Shown here piece by piece: positions 57,743 through 64,000 of a stretch of 64,000 nucleotides of DNA (within the stretch, counting starts at the first letter, position 1; each line of letters begins with the position of its first letter). Below the pieces are notes generated by a model, which saw only the letters and a program-made list of their open reading frames with translations, did not search any database and was not told the origin of the DNA. A program made the position numbers and the translations under genes. Source of the stretch: Tubiluchus corallicola (taxonomy: Eukaryota > Animalia > Priapulida); assembly GCA_030141605.1 (NCBI GenBank), contig JAQGDQ010000031.1, positions 186,001-250,000 of the forward strand, in the 5' to 3' direction.

Positions 57743-59064
57743 ATTAATAAGTGATAACTGGTGCATTAGATCAGTATCAAAAGGATTATAAGATTTATAT
57801 ATGATAGTCCTTCTGTCCACACACTATCAAAAGTTTTTTCAAAGTCAATGCAGAATGCTATTCCAAAATTATTGCACAAAATGCATTCTTCCACATATGA
57901 GACAGCATCACCAGATGTCTCACTGTATTTCGTTGCGGGATAAAACCCTCCTGCTCAGCATCTAAGCTACTGCTGGTAAAAAATGAAATCTCATGCTGGA
58001 GGTTATTAATCGCTTAACAAGTTTGCCAACGTAGGTAATTTATTGAATTGCTGCAATTTGGCTTGTCTGGCTTCCTTATAGGTGTAACTTTTGGCAGAAG
58101 CCAGGGCCAACGATGAGTCTCCGAGCAGAGATCAGCGATATTTAGGACGGCAATAAAGCTAATTGCCAGAAGCTTTTGACCATTTTTCGATACAGACCAT
58201 CATTATCCATATACTTTCATTCAGTGTTTATTATTCCTATTCCTGCATTAAGTCCTTCTAATGAGAAGGGAACATTTAGCCCGAAATCCACTAGTTCATC
58301 CCAGTCTGAACTTTTCATTGTGTACTCAATCTGGTTTTTCCATGTTAGATCGAAAGTTTAACCTGCTTTTCTCTGAAATACAGACACCTTCTTATACGTT
58401 TTCCAGAACTGGGCACTTTGCTTGCATTTAAATTTTCAGTATTTTCGCGTAACCATTTATTCGTTGCTTCACTTAGTTCACTGTCAAATGCCTGTTTTGC
58501 TTTTTCGCACTCATTTTTATTTATTAAGTTTGAAAATCTGTCTTCCTTTTCTCTCTCACTATCTTTGCGAATCCGGACAGGCGACTATTCCAGACCAGAA
58601 AGATTTGCCAAGTTGACAGACAGTTTTTAGCTTGATGTTAGCTTTATTGTTTTTGTTATCATTTTCTTGAACCACGACCACAATCACCAATATTTCTGTC
58701 TTGAAGCAGTTGTTGAAAAATGTGTTGATCTTGCACTAATATGCTTTTCGATCCCTTGAGACCATCGTTGCCAATTATTTTTTAGTTCAAATACTTTTTT
58801 CTTGATAGGTTTGGCATTTTAACACTTATTTCTTAGATATGTGTTAACTGGGAAATTGCCCACAGCCGGTGCTCCGCTAAACAGCTCTACTTCTTAATCG
58901 ACAGACTGAGTAACTACCTGACCAACCATGTTATGAGACAGTACTATTATATCTATCACACTTTTACCTGTGTAAGACCTAAACGTATGGGTGTTTGTTG
59001 CTGAATAATTAACCGCGCTATTTGAGTTTTGAAAATTATTTAAAAATTTTCCGTGTTCACTTGT

Positions 59065-59478
59065 TAAGGGTGAGCATTCTTTACCGGAAAGCGAATTCGA
59101 ATCGAACCGAATTTGTGACTTTCGAATTCGAATCGAACCGAACTTCAGTGTTTCGAATTCGAATTGAGATCGAAAGATTTTCGAACAATTTTCGAACCAC
59201 CAGCAAAAATTAGTCTTACAAAGATCATGCATATCACTAGATTTTGTTCTGCAATAAAACGACTAGTAATTTCTTTAAAATTGTGTGCAGAAATCACAGC
59301 TAAATTATGCTAATTGCATGATGTTTCAATCGTTTTAGTGATAAAGAACATACGTGATTGAAGTGCTGAATTATTCGAATCTATAGTTTTGGATTCGAAT
59401 CGAGTTCGAACTAAAAAAACTCGTCCGAATCGAATTCGATTCGAACGTTCGAACTCGAACGTTCGATGCTCACCCCTA
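59065..59478. mobile_element. hAT-type MITE with TTCGAA subterminal repeats
   Basis: Perfect 8-bp TSD TCACTTGT (59057-59064 and 59479-59486). TIR TAAGGGTGAGCAT / reverse complement TAGGGGTGAGCAT. Dense TTCGAA/ATTCGAAT motifs lie near both ends. Confidence 0.92.
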
Positions 59479-61492
59479 TCACTTGTCACAATACAAGGCA
59501 TTGTGATCACCAGCTATTTGGTGACACCGTACATAACTAACAGCTCGGATGTCATTTTCAATCCACTTTGTCATTACAGCCTTAGAATTAGGTGACGCAC
59601 TGATGGAACTAATAACCATTTTCGATCACGTTTAGTCAACACCCACAGTGCGTCTAGATTAGCGTTGCTAAGCTCTTCTATTTTACAACTATTCATGTTA
59701 TTACCAATGTGCAACGCCGTAATTGTTTCTGCAGCTTTTATGGTACTTTTAATAATTCGTCAGGTTAGGAAGCTGTGTTTTATTTTTATCTCTTGTACTG
59801 TACTACATCATATTTTCCGTCGTTCACATATTTATCTAAGGCTAGAGGATCCGCAATCGCGTGACCCCAAAGTCGCTATCCGCTGTTTCTCCCTCCCTCC
59901 GCCCATATAGACTACCAAATATTGCTATAATCAGGGCATGAAACAACACATTCTGTACGATTTGTTTAAAAAAGTAAAACTAAAACTTGAGAAGGAGACC
60001 AGCAAGGTCACGCAGACTATAGTCTATGATTTTTTAAAAAAATGAAATATTTATATATACCAGTTAAAATACAGATCTCATGGAGGACTTTACATTGAAA
60101 AGCCAGTTTTTTGCAAACGGATACATATTCATCATTATTTCAACTGTTTTTTACAAGTGCATGTAAGCCCAACAAATAGAGGTAATTGTATATATGTATT
60201 CATACAATAAAAAGAGTTATAATAGTAATAATTGCAAGCTCTACTATCGTCTCCTGACAGGAACCTGCAAGCATATTTATCTTCATTAAATTTTTGTGAT
60301 GCCTGCTTGTCAGCTTGACTTTCTCATGGTGCCTATAGTTGGTTAACTACGATCTCGTTTATCCAGTTCGTGTAGTTAAACTACACACAGGTCAGAATGA
60401 TTCTGTTTTCGCTAAAATATCTTCTTATGTTATTATGATTACGTTATCATCATTATCATAATCGTTTCAATTCAACCTCAGCGCAGCATTGATCATAACC
60501 CACGTTATCATCATCAGCTTCACATCATCATCACTACATTTTTGACAAAAGAGTTGGAGATTTAATCTGCCTAATTAGTTTTTAAAACTTTAGCATTTGA
60601 ACAGGATTTTAAATTTTATCAAATAAATTATTAGCTATACGCCTATGCCTATACCAAAGTTTGACTTCTTAACTAGTTTAACTTTTTCACCTTTTAACCT
60701 TCTTCAGATTTTTAAAAGCTGCACATTTCTAATTTGAGTGATATGATTTAAATTAAAAATTAAAGGCTGGCATTCTGATTTTGAGTTGCCATAATAGTTT
60801 ACAGCTCCCTGCTGCAGTTACGTATCTACGAAAAAACTCTGCGAAGCAACGCAACTTCTAGTAGGAGTTCCAAATTATAATATTTTCAACTTTTGTTATT
60901 CTGTAATATCACTCAAATCCCATTTCTCGAAAAAATGTGAAATAAGTCAAGCAAGTCATTATTTCTAAACGCTTACAGACAAATATAAAAAATAGTTGTA
61001 AAACGAAAACGGTCATTTTTCTCAAAAGTTGTTAACTTTTAGATACGTGTTATCTGCAATCGTGTTACTTCGGTATTATCCAATAGGCAGGGTTCACGCT
61101 AGTAATCTTTCTCACACAAGTAAATTCGGTGACTTGCAAGCTCACGACAATACTTACGCCAAACTGTCGAGATTAAACAAGCGGGTTGCTCTTGTTTTTT
61201 CCGCGCACGAAGACAGATTATTCGACAGCTGGTTGCTGACATTTTAAAAGACTCAGTAACAGACTGCGTCAGACATTCTCTAAACTTATTATGTCATACT
61301 TTTACGCTTACAACATCCATGTTCTGTAGTTCAGTGACACGCTTTATTAGTTTGGTCATTTTTGATCACTTATTTGAAGCATGTGACTTATGACATTATT
61401 TTTACTTAATACCTGGAAGTGAAAATTAGTGTGCATTTCCTAGGTGATGACTGTTGCAGTTCTTGTGAGTTTTAATTTACAATCGTATTGTG

Positions 61493-62563
61493 ATGTGGTT
61501 AAAGTTAAAAAGTTTAAATTATCATATCCCGAGACGTGAACTAATGATGTTGTTTCTTTGTGTTGTGGCCATTCACAACTTGACGTTCTCTTCGCTGTCT
61601 TCTAATCAAATCAGCAAATTAGAAGAGACATCTCACGAAGTTACATTGGTTGAGTTTGCTAAAAACAATACAGAAATAATGACTGATCGCAAAACAAAGA
61701 GCCTAACAATCGGTGGGAACGATTACAATAGTGAAAAATTCGTCGTAGACAATGTAACGAGACAAGAAAGCTGTCCTACTGGCACCGAAAGAAGATTACC
61801 TGGCTGCGTCATTATCGGATTTCAGAAATGTGGTACTGCTGCGCTCCTTAAAATGCTCAAACTGCATCCTAAGATAGCTGTGAGAGACTGGTGGCCAATG
61901 GAAATGAACTACTTTAATTTGAAGCACCTAAGACCGTTAGACTGGTACAGAGGTGTTATGCCATGTTCCACACCTGATCAAATCACTATAGAGAAGAGTC
62001 CCAGGTATGTAGTGAACTGGAAGACACCCAGACGAATGAAGGATAAGCTACCGGACGTAAAACTCATCGTCATTGTCCGAGATCCGGTAGCACGAACAGT
62101 CTCCCATTACCTGGAGCACACGGGTGGAAGAATTACATTTGAGGATTACATAACAGATGTTGAAAGTGGACACGTCAACAAAAACACAACGGCAATTCAA
62201 CACAGTCTATACCACAAACACATTTCAGAATGGTTAAAAGTTTTCCCTCGCTCACAGTTACTAATAGTTTCTGGTGAACAGTTCGTAAAGGATCCTATAT
62301 TTGTACTAAGGGAGGTGGAGACGTTTTTGCAGTTACCTCATCTTATTCCCACTAGTGCCTTCGTTTTTAACAAAAGAAAGGGATTTTATTGTTATCACGA
62401 GAAGACACCAACTGAATATAGAAATGAAGCGACGTGTTTAACAGCCGACAAAGGGAGAACTCATCCCACAATATCTTCAAAATTGTTGCTAGAATTAAGA
62501 ACGTTTTTTGAAACCTCAAACAAAATGCTGTATAAATTAGTTGGTCGAAATTTCAATTGGTGA
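61493..62563 (+). CDS. Heparan sulfate glucosamine 3-O-sulfotransferase-like protein (HS3ST family, divergent), intronless CDS
   Basis: N-terminal hydrophobic segment, RRLP, 5'-PSB loop IIGFQKCGT, IEKSPRY, 3'-PB IVRDPVARTVSHY, and FN..KGFYC...CL..DKGRTHP. The start is ATG 61493 or 61544. Confidence 0.9.
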   Translation: MWLKLKSLNYHIPRRELMMLFLCVVAIHNLTFSSLSSNQISKLEETSHEVTLVEFAKNNTEIMTDRKTKSLTIGGNDYNSEKFVVDNVTRQESCPTGTERRLPGCVIIGFQKCGTAALLKMLKLHPKIAVRDWWPMEMNYFNLKHLRPLDWYRGVMPCSTPDQITIEKSPRYVVNWKTPRRMKDKLPDVKLIVIVRDPVARTVSHYLEHTGGRITFEDYITDVESGHVNKNTTAIQHSLYHKHISEWLKVFPRSQLLIVSGEQFVKDPIFVLREVETFLQLPHLIPTSAFVFNKRKGFYCYHEKTPTEYRNEATCLTADKGRTHPTISSKLLLELRTFFETSNKMLYKLVGRNFNW

Positions 62564-64000
62564 CGTCTGAATGGATGTATAATCCTTGATATCACTGATA
62601 AAATTGCAAATGGCTATTTTTATTATGCTTCTTTTAAATAAGCAACCAATAATTAAAATGTAAAAAATGTGAAAACGTCACCAATTCCTGGTTAATATTT
62701 GTTTGGTATTTTCGCTTCACAACACTCGCTAATAAATGTTAATATACCTCAGTTACTATACTTTGTCTTAACTACGCCGGCAGCATACCACAAACAGATG
62801 CAGCATCTAGTGGTATAAATATTCAGAGGACATTGTCAACGCCTCGAAATGCGAAGTTGAAGAATGAAATTTTTAAAATATAACACGAAAAACTTTATTG
62901 ACGACTAAGCGTTTTTACCTCATTAGTAGAAAAAGCACAACAGTCACGGTAAATACATGTACCAAGAATAAATTGAAATTTTAAGTATTGCCAATTTTAT
63001 GTGCGCAGTTAGCTACGTGCCAAATTTGTTGATTCGCCAGTTTTTTCATGTCTTCTATATGGAACAACGTTAGCGATGCATAAGCTACGCATATAATTAT
63101 AATTATTATGCAGCGAAAAAAATGCTTTTATGTAAACTGCAGTCGGCGAAAAGAGGCAAATTTAGTGTGAATTAAGATAAATTGAAATTGATTTAGTGAA
63201 TTAAGATAAATTGATAATAACAACAATAATTTATTTTCTACGAACAATACAAAGCGTTTCATCAACTCTTTACAGTATAACAAAATTGAAAGTAAAGTTG
63301 CACTTTAGTTTTTTTTAGTATGCACTTAACGCATTTGTCTTGAACAGTGTTGTTATTTTAACATTACGCTGAGGCTCACTCAATTTTATTATAATGAGTG
63401 AACCCTTTTAATGACAAATATATAATTCGGATACGAATTAAGATACTAGTAAAATACTGTCAACTGACACAAATTGAAGGCAAAAATTCCAAGACAGTAT
63501 TCAGTTGTACACACTCCGAGATTCTGTAATTACAGATTGCTTAAATGTAATACATATTATGACAAATGGTGTGTGGAAGTAAGTGATTTAGTCAGATAGG
63601 TGAGTGATTTCAAAATGGAAATTAGAAACTTAAAATTTAATTTAAAAATAAACGTATAAACTTTGTAATAATACAATAAATATTGAGACAAATTAAAGTG
63701 TCAACCATTATTGCAGTGTACATATGAAATTTTAAACAACTTTGATTTTTAATCCCCACTTAAAAGTCCAGATTTGTATCATATAGATAAAACCAGTTAA
63801 TCTACAAGTTCCACAAATTTTCTCGCTGGGGCTGCCTCTAGTGGCTTTGCCTTTGCTTGCTGACCGCCGAGCTCGAGCTGACACAAAAAACTAACAATTA
63901 GCTCAAAATAATTAGCGTTTGGCCGCTTAAAATTGTTAGCAAACTACTGACCATTTCTTGTCAATATAGAGTCAATTTATTGTTTTATAGAGAACATGCT

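Larger units (their letters stand above)
54000..59830 (-). mobile_element. Degenerate LINE split by three later insertions
   Basis: Minus-strand motifs occur in LINE order: endonuclease-like THTFRSYTGKSVIDI (~58950), RT EQEGFIPQRNT (~57940) and CIDFEKTFDSVWTEGL (~57830), then SKVLGITIDNKL (~54810) and LFKTTVLPIILYG (~54250). The outer boundaries are approximate. Confidence 0.8.

Overview
This is AT-rich eukaryotic DNA, evidently from an invertebrate animal; the species cannot be named from sequence alone. Most short ORFs in the track are single exons or noise. Splicing by hand (GT/GC-AG sites with phase checks) gives six protein-coding genes. (1-2) A tandem pair of unrecognised, probably secreted low-complexity proteins (+, 8532-11435 and 12158-15016) that share an invariant C-terminal NCGAYCKYF motif. 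(3) A 4-exon fatty-acid-binding protein (+, 16711-22120). (4) An 11-exon glycoside hydrolase family 1 enzyme with a signal peptide and a probable GPI signal (+, 26389-39635). (5) A 12-coding-exon Spindly gene (-, 53639-41367). (6) An intronless, divergent heparan-sulfate 3-O-sulfotransferase-like gene (+, 61493-62563). The rest holds LINE relics, hAT, Tc1/mariner and pogo-like MITEs, a probable truncated LTR element, a foldback element and mini/microsatellites. The best leads are the NCGAYCKYF protein pair, a four-fold tandem duplication of a Spindly 3' splice site in which only the last copy keeps the frame, a strictly phased degenerate 28-bp array, and acceptor-site substitutions in the sulfotransferase. 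All gene models are manual predictions without transcript or database support.
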